Source: Macrostomum lignano
Taxonomy: Eukaryota
Assembly: GCA_002269645.1 (NCBI GenBank)
Contig: NIVC01000154.1
Coordinates: forward strand, 1-64,000
Length of the DNA: 64,000 nt
Direction: 5' to 3'
Positions 35,403-48,041 of this stretch are shown here, piece by piece. The notes under the pieces were generated by a model that saw only the letters and a list, made by a program, of their open reading frames with translations, made no database searches and was not told the origin of the DNA. The translations under genes were made by a program, and so were the position numbers. The stretch's first letter is position 1. Every line of letters begins with the position of its first letter.

Positions 35403-38400
35403 GTGACTGCCTACCAATGCACTATTTCAACATGCTAATATAACTATTTTCTAACATGTGAAACATGTAAAGATAATATAATATTTGAAAACTTATTAAT
35501 TATAACTAAAATTCGTATGCACATAAAATATAATTATAAAATTTGCAAGTAAATAATATATATAACTAAAATAGCTGGACTTGTGTCTAATGCGATTTAT
35601 TTGAAACCCTTTGGAGCTGCGATCGAATTATTTTCGCATTTCTACTATTAGTAGCATGTAATGCAAAATTTATAGTTTTTTGCGAAACTTTTATGTGTCA
35701 TATTTCGAAATATTCTGGTCGGATATATTTTTTTGGAGTGTCATATCTGTGATGTGGCCTGTCGGGTATCCCCTACGATGTGCGTCATTTCTTTGTTTTG
35801 GGTCATCACTGATAACATAGGGGAAGGGTTTAAGTGTCGGGTGGGGTGGAAAGGGTTGAGGGGTGGGGCAAAGGCAGAGAATAGCGGAGTGAGGGGTAGG
35901 GGTCCATTATTAAAATTAAGTATACCCACCCGCTGCTACTAAAATTGGCGAGACGGGGCTAGAAAAATAAGGGCTGATGCTGCCAGCGCAAGCAGTCAGT
36001 CCCACCCAGCCGTGGGTTGGTCGCTGCCGTGGCTGGTTGAAAAGAAAGGAAGAAGGGTTGGAGGTACGAGCTAAATTAGAAGGCGCAATTTTGAAATAAG
36101 AAAGAATTCCAACAACACTTGACTCCGTTGTAGCGGTTTTCCTGTGAGCGCAGTGCGCCCCGCCTGGTCCGACTTAGGCTGTGTGCATGTACAGCACAGT
36201 ATCAACCGTTTGAATGGGCCATGTGTGTCCTTCAACTACAAAGCAAAGCTCATATCCGAAGCCACCACCCCTTTGCAACAAGCTACAAGGCGCTCAGCTC
36301 CACTTTCTATTCCTGCTTAAATTATATTTATGTTTTCCATAGGCCTCTGCAATTACAAGTACAATGCACACAAGCTTTTTGCTTTGAACTCAGAAGATAC
36401 ATGAAAGTAAAAATGATTTGAAAAGTCTTAAACTTCTACTCTAAGGCAACACTTATCGACCTCGATATCCAATATTACTTTCCAGTATCCGTCTATCCTT
36501 ATTGTTACAGCACGCTCGTGGTCAGCGATAGATTGCAATAGCAAAAATTGCAATAAAAGGCTATAGTCTAGTTAGCATGCATGACAATGCGTCGATCGTG
36601 CCGTGCGTATGTCAGCTTAAAATGCAAATCTATACTTACATTTCCAGCGTTCTATTAATAGCGATTACTAGCAGGGGTTATAAGCAGATCAAAGCGAATA
36701 CTGGACCGGACCTCACTCACTGCCCAGACAGTAGGAGGTAAGATATAAGGTATGGCTCGAATAGTGGCCAAATTCTGCGTGAATAGTGAATAGAAACCAA
36801 TAGGAAATTCGAACACCAGAGACTGCTCAGAGTTCAGCTCGGAGATCACCTTCAGTGGCGTATATGTAGCTTCATCTTGAGGAGCAGGAGGAGGTCACGA
36901 GTCAGAGCCAGAGCACCCAGATTCCCACAGTCATTGTTCAGTCGCCAGGAAAATAAATTTTGCTATAGTGGGGCAAGAGACCCCAGATCCCAATCACTGA
37001 GCAAAACAATTTAGCGTTAGCTCGACAAGGTGAAATTTTAGCTTTTAAAAGTCGTGTCTCTTACATGCACCCTGTTGTTGACAATTGCAAATAGTAAGAC
37101 TCAAAACCCCCAAGGACCACAGACAGGAACTCACCTTTTTTAGTATTGTTGCTTTCTTCACCTTTAAGCAAAGCGTTGAAACGTTTCGTTATTGATTTCT
37201 TTCTTGGGAGTTCGACTAAAGGGTAGATGGCATGGATGGCTGGCCGAATGGACAGCTCGGCAACTAGACCAATCGGGTATTGTTGTTACCAGCGAGCGTC
37301 GATAACAAGTCCAACAACAATGCACAATCGAGCATCCGCCGGTTTTTTGGAGTTCAGTCGCTTCTCTGCTGCAGTGCCAGCAAATCGATAGAGCCTTTTG
37401 AGGGAGGCTGAGAGGGGGCCGGGGAAGTGTCGGGATAAGTGATGTAGCAAGGGTAGGTCGGCGTTCGGAGGCCCAGGAGAGATCGAGGCGGCGCAGTTTT
37501 TGGGGACCCGGAGAGTGCGTGCGAGAGGGAGAGAGAGAAGGAGAGAGAAAGGAGTGTGTTAGTTGTGTGTGGGAACAGAGGGTAACACAAACGGCGCACA
37601 AAACACTGCTGATGGTGGCAGAGCCCTTACCCTTCCTTCATCCCCCTCTGTGTTCCAAGACTTTGGGTTGGCTCGGGCCAGAGAGTTCTTTCAATTCAAT
37701 GGGAGAGAGAAAGGGGAGGAGCGGAGGCTGAAGGATGCAAAAGGGGAAGGGAGAATGAATGGGGATGGAGATAAGCTCGACCAACCTCCCCTCAAACTAC
37801 CCCTTCGTCTCTTTCCACTGTGCCTCCCAGAGGCTTCACATGGGCTCGACAACCGAGGCAGCATCCCTGCATCCCCAATACCCTCTCCTGGAAGCCCCAC
37901 CCCTCCGCTTGCTCCGTCTCCCCCTTTCGAATAAGCTCGAAGCCCTGAAAGCCTGCCTCTGACACGCGAAGTAGCCGGGAGATAATAGAGACTGTACGGG
38001 AGGCAAGCCAGCCTGGCTTTAGCCACACACAAGGGAAAATCGCCCCTCTGTTCCCCATCCTACTGTCTCTCTAACCCATCGGTCTCCCCGCTCCCCTACC
38101 CACGCCTCGCTCTTTTTCGACGAATACATTGTGTGTCACGCGGCCCCGTACGTCACCGAGGCCCACTGCTGTACGCCACAAACTATTCGAGACCGGAGTG
38201 GGGAAGAGAAACAGGAGAGAGAAATGGGAGAGACGAATAGCAAGCTGGTGCAGCCCAGAAAGAAAGAGGAGCGAGAGAACCGGCAACCCTCCCCCATATA
38301 TTTTGCCTCTTTCTTCTCCATTCCTGGCTGCTCCACAGAACCCCTTGGTTTCCTCGTCTTCTCCCAGCTAGCTACCCATTTTCCCCCGAGGCGGAGGTGG

Positions 38401-41400
38401 GGTAGGTGGGGGAGAACGGAGAACAGGAGGAAGGATTCGGCCTGGGAGCTGATGGGAACAAGAGAATTCGAAATCGAGGAGGGAGTCCAAGAGTAGGGGG
38501 GGGGGCTGTTTGGATCGAGTCCCAGAGTCTCCATCCGCTCGCACGGCATTCCCCCTCTTCCAGTCTCCTACGAGTCTCCCCTCGGTTGGCTTCGTCACGC
38601 CTGTGCCTGTTCCACTGTTCCCCGCGCTCGTGTGCGCGAATTCGAATGCACCACTTTTGTGTTCAATCGCGGCACACAGTCGCCCAGCACTCTGTCTCTA
38701 TACGGCTGCGCCTATTGTGTACAATGAATAGACCCAGGAGGAAGAGAGAAGAGAGGCGGAGAGACGATGGAGAGGATCTGGGATATTATGGGAGAATTGT
38801 TGTGCCGCTGCTGCCGGCTTCTGGAGGAAAGAAAGGAAAGAGAGGGAGAGGAAGGGGAGAAATACGAGGCAAAGACGAGGAAGGAAAAGGAAGCTTCGAA
38901 TGGGGAGGAGAAGCAATTTCAGCAGACTCCGGGATTTGGGATCATTCGATGGGGAGACTCCTTCAGCTCGCCTCCTTTCTCTTACTCTTGCTCTCCTACC
39001 CCTCCATCGGATGCATTCTTTTCTTTCTGGCTCAACCGCCTCGCTCGGTGAAGCCTTTCCCAAACTGAGAGCTCGCACCTCCATTCTCCCCTCTCCCTCC
39101 CCCTTTCTGTCGCCTCGCCATCGCTCTCCTGCAATTCCCCATGACTTACGCACACAATTTCGAAGCAGACAGACACAGCGCAGACAGGCAATCCACGGCA
39201 TATTCAGCTGCCGCCAGCCAACTCCCCCCCCCCCTCGGGCTCTCTCTCCCACCAGCCTCTATATAGTAGTTAGTCTTCCTTCGACTCTAGTATAGAGACC
39301 ACGCAGAACATCGAGTAGGAAGACAGAGAGAGGCAGAGAAGAGATAAAGACAGAGTGTAGAAGGAGGTGAAAACCAGCAGCTTGGAGGAAGAAAAGTGAC
39401 TTCCTTGTCAGGCGCGGCCTTCGACTCAGTTCTGTTTCACACACTCTTCGTCGCTTCCCCGGCGAGGCATCCCTTTATTTTACACCGACTGACACATTCG
39501 CGGGCCTGGGGACCTTATTCGAGAAAATTCCCCACCCCCATGTGCCGTGCTCCCTTTCTTCTTTCCTCCATCCTCATCCTCGCACCACTTTATCCTTCTC
39601 TGCCCCTCAGCCTTCAGCCCGCCAAGTCTTTTAACCCGAGCTGCAGGCGCGGCGGCAAAGTGGATGACTTAGCTATTTTCCGTGAGGGTTGGGAGGGAGT
39701 TAGCGGTAGCTGTGCTGGGAAAGAGACAGTAGATAGTTTCGAGGTTGGGGAATGAGGCTAGCAAAAGAAGTCCTGAGTCACCTGGGCATCCCCAGAAGGC
39801 GCCCGGCGACTAACTCGCATGTTGTCAATAGGCCCAAATAAAGCAGAGTTTCGAATTTCTTGAGAAGCCAGCCTTCGCTGCAACAACAAATAATTATCCG
39901 ACTCCCCTGTCGTCAAAATTTATTAGCATTTCATTTAATCCTGATGTGATTCAATCTTCTGAATTTTCAATTTTCTATTCATCGACAAGTAAATAACAAA
40001 AGCAACAAGAGATGTAAGCCCCATACAGATAATCAGTCCACTAATCGATGAGTTTAGCAGGTAAATCCCTGAAGATATTGGGAGCCAGACCGACCCAGAA
40101 TGTCCTGAGTAGCATGGCGTCCAACTGTCACTATCGTAGCCATCAGCTTCAACGTCTCGGCTGGTACAAGGACAGATAAGCAGACAAACGCGAGAGCGTA
40201 CCGTACAGACACACTCACAGACTCACAGTACTAAAAATTAGATATTCGTATAGTAATACAGAAGTAAGCGTGCATCGATCGATATTCGTCGATACTGGAA
40301 CAACATTTTGGGGAGAAATCTAAAATATAAGCGCAACCTAACCTTACTTGGGGTTAATCATCGGATTTCCAGCGCGTTGAGTTTCCAGCAAAGTGCATGG
40401 AATCACCTCATATCTGGATATTAAAACAAAAAGCAACAAAATTTGAAAGAAATTCTTGGAAGGCAGTAAAACTTACGGCGGCTTCATCTATGCACACGAA
40501 GGTGGGTGGAAAGTGATATATTACGTCACTGTTCTACTCTTGGAGCAGATTTTTTTCTTAATAAAATTGTCCACTTGATTATTATGGCAGCGGCTACTGC
40601 TGCAGCGAATGGAGATGCTCAAATTGATCGGGCTTAGTTATCAACTTGTCTGAAAAAAGCATTGCTTGTCAGGTGTGTGGCTACGGTTGATGGTACGATG
40701 GTCAGGTTATTACCGAGCGCCTTATTACAAAGTCGGACACATTTGCTGCGCTCTCAAATTAATGCGAAAACAGGTGCGCGGAATCGGAATTACGCACTTC
40801 GTAATCTATAGCTACCCCCCCTCCCCCGGTTTAATTTTTTATACATTCCAAATTGGACCATTCCAAACAAAAACACAGTATATCCTGTAGCAACACAACG
40901 AATAGCGAATACGTTCGTGTAGGCGCTGAGTCCAGTCGATTAGTCAGGGGGGGGGGGGTAGTTTTCTTTACCCCCATCTGCCCGCCTTGTTTGCCTCGCT
41001 CTCCAGAATCCCTTCCTTCCAAATTCATGCATAATCAGTTTTTTGCCCATTGTGCTTGTCTTGAGGAAGGAGAGAGCTGCCCTCAGTCCGGTCTTGAGTG
41101 CGGCTTTCTCCAGCCGTTATTCAACTCCCCCAGGGCAACAATACATCTGCTTTGAAAATCTTGCTGAGAGCGGAGAGATGAATTGAGAATGCGAATTATA
41201 TGCATAAATAATAAAAAAATTACATTCAGCATTTCGGCTTAAAGAGTGAAACACGAAACAGGAAAATAGGGCCGGGCCGTTGTACCCAGTACCCACACAG
41301 AAGGACTGACTGGTCGGGCTTGTGGCGCAGTTGATGAAGAATAAGAATATTCTCCATCCGAGAAAAGAAATGGGAAGCGACGGCTGTGAAATGCTTTCTG

Positions 41401-43209
41401 GTTAATAAGTACCGGTATTGATTCAGGATAAGTTGATAAGTTTGCCTTCTGTTGGAGTTTCATAATTGCGAAAATTATATTGATGCTTGATGATGAAAAT
41501 CAAGAAAAAAAATATAAAATATATGATACCGAATGGTGCTCTAGTGCAAAAATGGTTTGATTAAAACAAAACTCAGTCTTAATTCTTGATGTTGATTATG
41601 TAATTCTGAAAATTATTGAAATCTATTCCAGTGTTATTATACTACCTATAAAAACACTACGGCCTAAATCACATAAATGGCGTTTGACTTTGAAGTAGTT
41701 CAAAGTCACTCTTAATCATGTCAATCGATACCACTGCACCTCCACGCTAAAGCATGCATTGAAGCAAGTAAGAGGAGAGAGGGAATATAGGATGAGTTTG
41801 AGTCGAGTGGCATGAGTCGAGATAAATAAACAGAAAGAGACTGCAGGAGAGACAGGAAAGATTGAAGGGGAGTATTAGGGTCGCGGGTTTCACCGCTAAG
41901 ACACTTCTTATCCCATCTTCCTTATCCCATTCGCAGACAGAGTTTTGCCGGCCGGTAGAGCTTGGAGTTCGGCTGCAGCAGTCGACTCTTGCTCGGCAGA
42001 AGAGGCCCGACTGCGTGTAATCAGAGAGACAGGGGAATCTGGATGGGCTTGATGGGACGGACGGGACGGGGAGAGGAAAGGCGTGGGCGCGAGTGCGAGA
42101 GGCGAGAATAAGCGGGATCGCGAGGCAGAATCTTTGCCTCATCGCACACAATGGCAGCTGCAAAAGAGGTGGCTGGGGGAATATATTCCACAGCAGCCTG
42201 GTTTTCGCCTCGATGTCTCTCCCATGATCCCCTTCTAACTCTTCCCCGCCTCCCGTCCCGACCCCGAGGCCAACAAAAGGAAGACGCTGAAAGCAAGGCG
42301 GGATGTGCGTGCGAATTCGCACTCGAGATTCTGGGGGAGGGGGGGGGCGGCGCAGCACGCGTGCGTCTTGCCTCATCAGAGTTTCCAGAGCTTGCAAGCA
42401 ATAGTTGAGGGAGAATTCTATCCTCGTATCAGCGAGTTCCGTCCCTTCTAGCGATTATTTACGCCCTGCTGGTGACTGTAACTACTATCTAACGATGCAC
42501 AAGCTGAAGCGAAAGTAAAAGTCAATTTAATGATTTTGTAGAGGCAAAGCGCTCCTCTGCCGACTCCGCCTCTTCCCTCCGTTGTAACTACACACAAAGC
42601 AATATTATTATTGTTCCCCGTTCTGTTGCTGCTGAAAGCAGCCTCACAGGTGCTGGAACAATGACAGAGCTACTATATAAAGACTCAGAGGGAGAAGGCA
42701 GTGCTAGCAAATTCTTCTTTGTCAAAGCCCATTGTTTCTATCTGCAGTCAATAGCCTTTTACTCTGCTTATTGTATATATTACAATATTCAGACGTACCC
42801 CTCCCCTACTTAACCAATGCGCCCCAGAGAGCTACTCACACCTTTGTCTCCTAGGGGAAGGTAGCTGAGTTGCATTATCTTCCTTGTTCATTGTTTCATT
42901 TTGCCAAACAATGGCCTACGGCAGGCTAACAGAAGAAAATAAACCCATACCCGGGCCAGCCACCTTGGCGAGTAACGGAGACCAATGGCATAGTCTGTCA
43001 ACGTAACACAATGGAACAATGCACGAGGTGGGTGAACACTGAGACAGCTTGTCCCATGTCTGGCTATAGCTGGGTACGGCTGAGGCAATTATCCACAAAG
43101 AAAACTTAGCAAGAGAATAGTTAATCAATTCTACACAGGGCTTGGCACAGGAAGGCCGTCCGAGACGTTATGTAGGATATTCAGACATTATTACAGCAAA
43201 AAATTGTAA

Positions 43210-44380
43210 GGGCGATTATTGAGGCGTCGGGGCGATTCTGCATCACTTAAGGCAGCTATTGAGGTGTCGGGGCGATTTTAAGTCGCTTAAGGCAATTACT
43301 GAGGTGTCGGGGCGATTGTGAGTCACTTAAGGCAATTATTAAGGTGTCGGGGCGATTTTAAGTCACTTAAGCCAATTATTGAGGTGTTGGAGCGATTGTG
43401 AGTCACTTAAGGCAGTTATTGAGGTGTTGGAGCGATTGTGAGTCACTTAAGGCAATTATTAAGGTGTCGGGGCGATTTTAAGTCACTTAAGCCAATTATT
43501 GAGGTGTTGGAGCGATTGTGAGTCACTTAAGGCAATTATTAAGGTGTCAGGGCGATTTTAAGTCACTTAAGCCAATTATTGAGGTGTCGGGGCGATTTTA
43601 AGTCACTTAAGCCAATTATTGAGGCGTCGGGGCGATTTTAAGTCACTTAAGGCAGTTATTGAGGTGTCGGGGCGATTTTAAGTCACTTAAGCCAATTATT
43701 GAGGTGTCGGGGCGATTTTAAGTCACTTAAGCCAATTATTGAGGTGTCGGGGCGATTTTAAGTCACTTAAGGCAGTTATTGAGGTGTCGGGGCGATTTTA
43801 AGTCACTTAAGCCAATTACTGAGGTGTCGGGGCGATTCTGAGTCACTTAATGCAGTTATTGAGGTGTCGGGGCGATTCTGAGTCACTTAAGCCAATTATT
43901 GAGGTGTCGGGGCGATTCTGAGTCACTTAAGCCAATTATTGAGGTGTCGGGGCGATTCTGAGTCACTTAATGCAGTTATTGAGGTGTCGGGGCGATTCTG
44001 CATCACTTAAGCCAGTTATTGAGGTGTAGGGGCGATTCTAAAGGATTAATGACTAGTATTGAGGTGTCGGGGCGATTCTAAAGGATTAATGACTAGTATT
44101 GAGGTGTCGGGGAGATTCTAAAGGATTAATGACTAGTATTGAAGTGTCGGGGAGATTCTAAAGGATTAATGACTAGTATTGAGGTGTCGGGGAGATTCTA
44201 AAGGATTAATGACTAGTATTGAGGTGTCGGGGCGATTCTAAAGGATTAATGACTAGTATTGAGGTGTCGGGGAGATTCTAAAGGATTAATGACTAGTATT
44301 GAAGTGTCGGGGAGATTCTAAAGGATTAATGACTAGTATTGAGGTGTTGGGGCGATTCTAAAGGATTTATGGCGATTATT
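43210..44380. repeat. 40-bp minisatellite with two subfamilies
   Basis: GAGGTGTCGGGGCGATTTTAAGTCACTTAAGCCAATTATT, switching near 44030 to GAGGTGTCGGGGCGATTCTAAAGGATTAATGACTAGTATT. Confidence 0.97.
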
Positions 44381-45155
44381 GGTGTCGTGCGAATCGTGCA
44401 ACCTGTCGTTCAGGCTGGAAGTCTTCTATTAAACTAAATTGTCAAGTTGACTCGCTTGCATAATGGTAGCCTATTGTGCGAAAATAATAAAATGATGACA
44501 ATCTGAAAAGAAAAAATATTTAGCAGGGTGAAGTGAGAATGCAATTCCATCCAGGTGGTAAATGAGTGAAGACACCAACCAGCATAAGGTAAATGCTTGG
44601 GCGCCTCTTCCCTGGCTATTGAGAAACCGGTTCACAAGATCACAATAGGCAAGCAAAGCCGAATTCACAATAAAAATTCTAATGAGAACGATTGATCAGG
44701 CCCCGCATGTGTTGATTGTTAACAACCTGAGGGCGGACTGAAGAGAATTTTGCTCCTCAACCACTTCTCCATCGTTGTTTTGTTCCTTCTTTTCTCATTT
44801 CTTTTGTTAACAACAGCATACATGTAGGAGCTACTTTGTCGTCCCCAGCCAGAGACAGGCATGGTGACGACAGGTGACTTCTATAGCTAGCTAGTTAGCA
44901 GTACAGTACGCGGTCGCGCTTCCATTGTTTCACTCGATGGGTGAATGAATGAATTGGGAGACGACGGTGTTGGAGACAATAGGGGGGAATCGACGGGTGA
45001 TTATGCTCAACCCTCCCCCCGTCTAAACTGTTGTTCAACACACCGTTGATCTTGTTTCTATAAATGCACACCCGTAATTTAATTGAAAATTTTCTCATCT
45101 ATAATAAGCAGACTTGCAAACAGCATATCTAGCTAGCGTTGCTTGATCCGGTGGT

Positions 45156-46475
45156 CATAGGCGTAGGAACCGGGGGGGGAGGGGGCAGTGGGGACATGGC
45201 TTCTCCACATTTTAAATGCAAAATGCAGACTTTTTGCTTATTTTTTATTCTTTTTTTTATTTTTGCTGCTTTGCATGAATGCATTTTGCTGCAGGGCGAC
45301 AAAACAGAGCGCCTGCGGCGCTAAAATGAGTGCCTGCGGCGCTAAAATGAGTGCCTGCGGCGCTAAAATGGGTGCCTGCGGCGCTAAAATGAGTGCATGC
45401 GGCGCTAAAATGAGTGCTTGCGGCGCTAAAATGAGTGCCTGTGGCGCTAAAATGAGTGCTTGCGGCGCTAAAATGAGTGCTTGCGACGCTAAAATGAGTG
45501 CTTGCGGCGCTAAAATGAGTGCATGCGGCGCTAAAATGAGGGCCTGTGGCGCTAAAATGAGTGCTTGCGGCGCTAAAATGAGTGCTTGCGACGCTAAAAT
45601 GAGTGCCTGCGGCGCTAAAATGGGTGCCTGCGGCGCTAAAATGAGTGCTTGCGACGCTAAAATGAGTGCTTGCGACGCTAAAATGAGTGCCTGCGGCGCT
45701 AAAATGAGTGCCTGCGGCGCTAAAATGAGTGCATGCGGCGCTAAAATGAGGGCCTGTGGCGCTAAAATGAGTGCATGCGGCGCTAAAATGAGGGCCTGTG
45801 GCGCTAAAATGAGTGCTTGCGGCGCTAAAATGAGTGCTTGCGACGCTAAAATGAGTGCCTGCGGCGCTAAAATGGGTGCCTGCGGCGCTAAAATGAGTGC
45901 TTGCGACGCTAAAATGAGTGCCTGCGGCGCTAAAATGAGTGCTTGCGGCGCTAAAATGAGTGCATGCGGCGCTAAAATGAGGGCCTGTGGCGCTAAAATT
46001 GGGACTGCGGGGCTAAAATTGGGACTGCGGCGCTAAAATGAGTGCCTGCGGCGCTAAAATGGGTGCCTGCGGCGCTAAAATGAGTGCTTGCGGCGCTAAA
46101 ATGAGTGCATGCGGCGCTAAAATGAGGGCCTGTGGCGCTAAAATTGGGACTGCGGGGCTAAAATTGGGACTGCGGCGCTAAAATGAGTGCTTGCGACGCT
46201 AAAATTGGGACTGCGGCGCTAAAATGGGTGCCTGCGGCGCTAAAATGGGTGCCTGCGGCGCTAAAATGAGTGCCTGCGGCGCTAAAATGGGTGCCTGCGG
46301 CGCTAAAATGAGTGCTGACACAGATTCTAAAAATAATTGGTACATGATAATGTGCATTTTCCATAAAAATAGAAAAATCTATCTCGACATTCAGAACGTG
46401 CACCCTGTGCGCCCCCCCCCCTTAAATCCGCCACTGAAGCCCCCCCCCACTTTTTGAAACGTTCCTACGCCTATG
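45156..46475. mobile_element. 1320-bp non-autonomous TIR element (8-bp TSD, hAT/P-type) carrying a 1-kb 21-bp minisatellite
   Basis: Perfect 15-bp TIR CATAGGCGTAGGAAC / GTTCCTACGCCTATG and perfect TSD CCGGTGGT (45148-45155, 46476-46483). Confidence 0.88.
45311..46316. repeat. 21-bp minisatellite (GCGGCGCTAAAATGAGTGCCT) inside the 45156-46475 element
   Basis: About 48 copies. Confidence 0.98.
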
Positions 46476-48041
46476 CCGGTGGTGTGGGTTCTTTAGTTAG
46501 TATCGATTTTTATTCTAGTAAAACGATCATCTACTTTGTTATTGTAGTTGAAAATTGCAAAGCAAGTTATCAATTGCAGCTGGCTTGGTCTGGATCTTGA
46601 CTTCGGGCTCCGTTCACTTTCACTTCGACATTCAGTTTCGATTAAATTTCGAAATATTACCAACCATTTTATTTTTTATTGTACTAAAATTGGTCCTTTG
46701 CCCAAAATCTAATCAATGCTTCACAATGCGATAATTCTAAAACTTTCTCCAAAACAGGTGCTAAACTGGAACACGTCAAACTCGAATGCAGTTAGCTCAA
46801 AATTATTAGAAAAAAACCTTTTTCTACTGACCCTAAAAGTTGCGGGGAGAGGGGGGGAGGGCAGCAAACTTAAGGATAATGCCAGGCCTTGTCGCGGGCT
46901 CTGCAGATGAGGCGAAAATGCCCCAATTCTTCCCATCAAGCGGCTACTGCAGGGGGGGGGGCGATCCGAGCTCTCGGTCGCGTGACGAGGCGGAGCTTCG
47001 AATGGAAGGGGCGCTTCATCGATCCGAGCGGAGGCTGGGGGGCGCACTGCTTTAGTAAGCCGGGCTTTCTCAACAATGGACAGGCAGCAGAGAGGAGCGG
47101 AGAGCGCGATAGAGAGGCCGAGTGGTTCGGGTCCGGGGTCCAGTTTTGTGGAAGTGGAAAGAAGAGCTTGATTTCAGAGAGAGGGAGAGGGGAGGGACGG
47201 GAGCTACCGTTGCGAGTCGACTGTTGGCATTGCAGAATCCCGACAATCAATCCCTGCCCCAAATAGCTCCCCTTTTCCTTCCAGAGCGCCTGGAGAATAA
47301 GGAGAGCGGGAGAGGGACGGGCCGAGCAAAAAGGGGCCTAGAGAAGAAGCAGCTCAAGCATTCGAGTACTCGGCGCAAATAAGGGGGTGCATTGGGAGAA
47401 AAGAGTGAGAGGAAGAAGAGGGAGAAGTATAGGAAGGGATGGGGCATTTTGGGAGAAAGAAACTGGGCAGAGGAGGCGGAGGAGCACGGTGGGACTCCGG
47501 GGAGGTAAGGACTAAGGAAAGAAAGATGGAGAATTCGAGGCTCGTCGGAGGAAGCGGCGCAGCCGCAGTTTCGCTCAGGCGTAGGGGGCATTTGGAAGGC
47601 TTGTCGGATTGAGCCTGGGAGAAAGGGGAGGAGGAGGCGGGTAAGAAAGCGAGTTTGGGTTCTGTGCGATTCGCGCTTGGCTGAATAAGCTTTCTTCCTT
47701 TCTTCTTCTTGTCTCTCATTCTACCGCCGCCTCATCTCCGCACCATCCAGCTTCTCCGGGATATCACGGCAGCAGCTTGTATAGAATGGGAGAGCGCCTT
47801 CTCCTAATGGGATATATAAATATCTGAAGAGGGCAATGCCGTTGACAGGGCGGTCAACGACAAGGGCGTCCCAGATTCTGGCAACAAATCCATTATCCTC
47901 ATAGGCATCACTGAAAGAGTGGAGAGAATGTAGCGCTGACTCCATAGTTTTTCCCAGATACCTGTAGCATTATATTAATGCTCAATGCCTTTATTCTGAA
48001 GTATGAGTTCCGCATGTAGCTTCGGAGATCTCGATTCACAG

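Larger units (their letters stand above)
26534..35815. mobile_element. Candidate 9.3-kb cargo-carrying element bounded by imperfect inverted termini
   Basis: Left 26534-26584 and right 35776-35815 align inverted (TTATCAGTG 9/9, then 24/31 over the ATGACNCA..AGAAATGACNCA.ATCG core, with an 11-nt gap). No TSD and no transposase seen. Confidence 0.35.

Noticed and set aside
38406-39295. Cluster of 90-220-aa ORFs on both strands
   Set aside because: Low-complexity GA/CT-rich sequence, no recognisable domain, no consistent exon structure.
42309-42322. 14-bp perfect palindrome GTGCGAATTCGCAC (also a 16-bp one near 58769)
   Set aside because: About 4 and 1 such palindromes are expected by chance in 64 kb.
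42674-43010. TATATAAAG followed by a 31-codon ORF (MAYGRLTEEN...)
   Set aside because: No supporting initiator, homology or splice pattern; too weak to call.
45188-46036. 282-aa (MSACGAK)n ORF
   Set aside because: Translation of the 21-bp array inside a MITE.
47112-47140. tRNA-like A-box/B-box words (GGCCGAGTGG, GGTTCGGGTCC)
   Set aside because: The boxes overlap and no cloverleaf can be formed.
47721-47945. 74-aa minus-strand ORF
   Set aside because: No recognisable homology or splice context.
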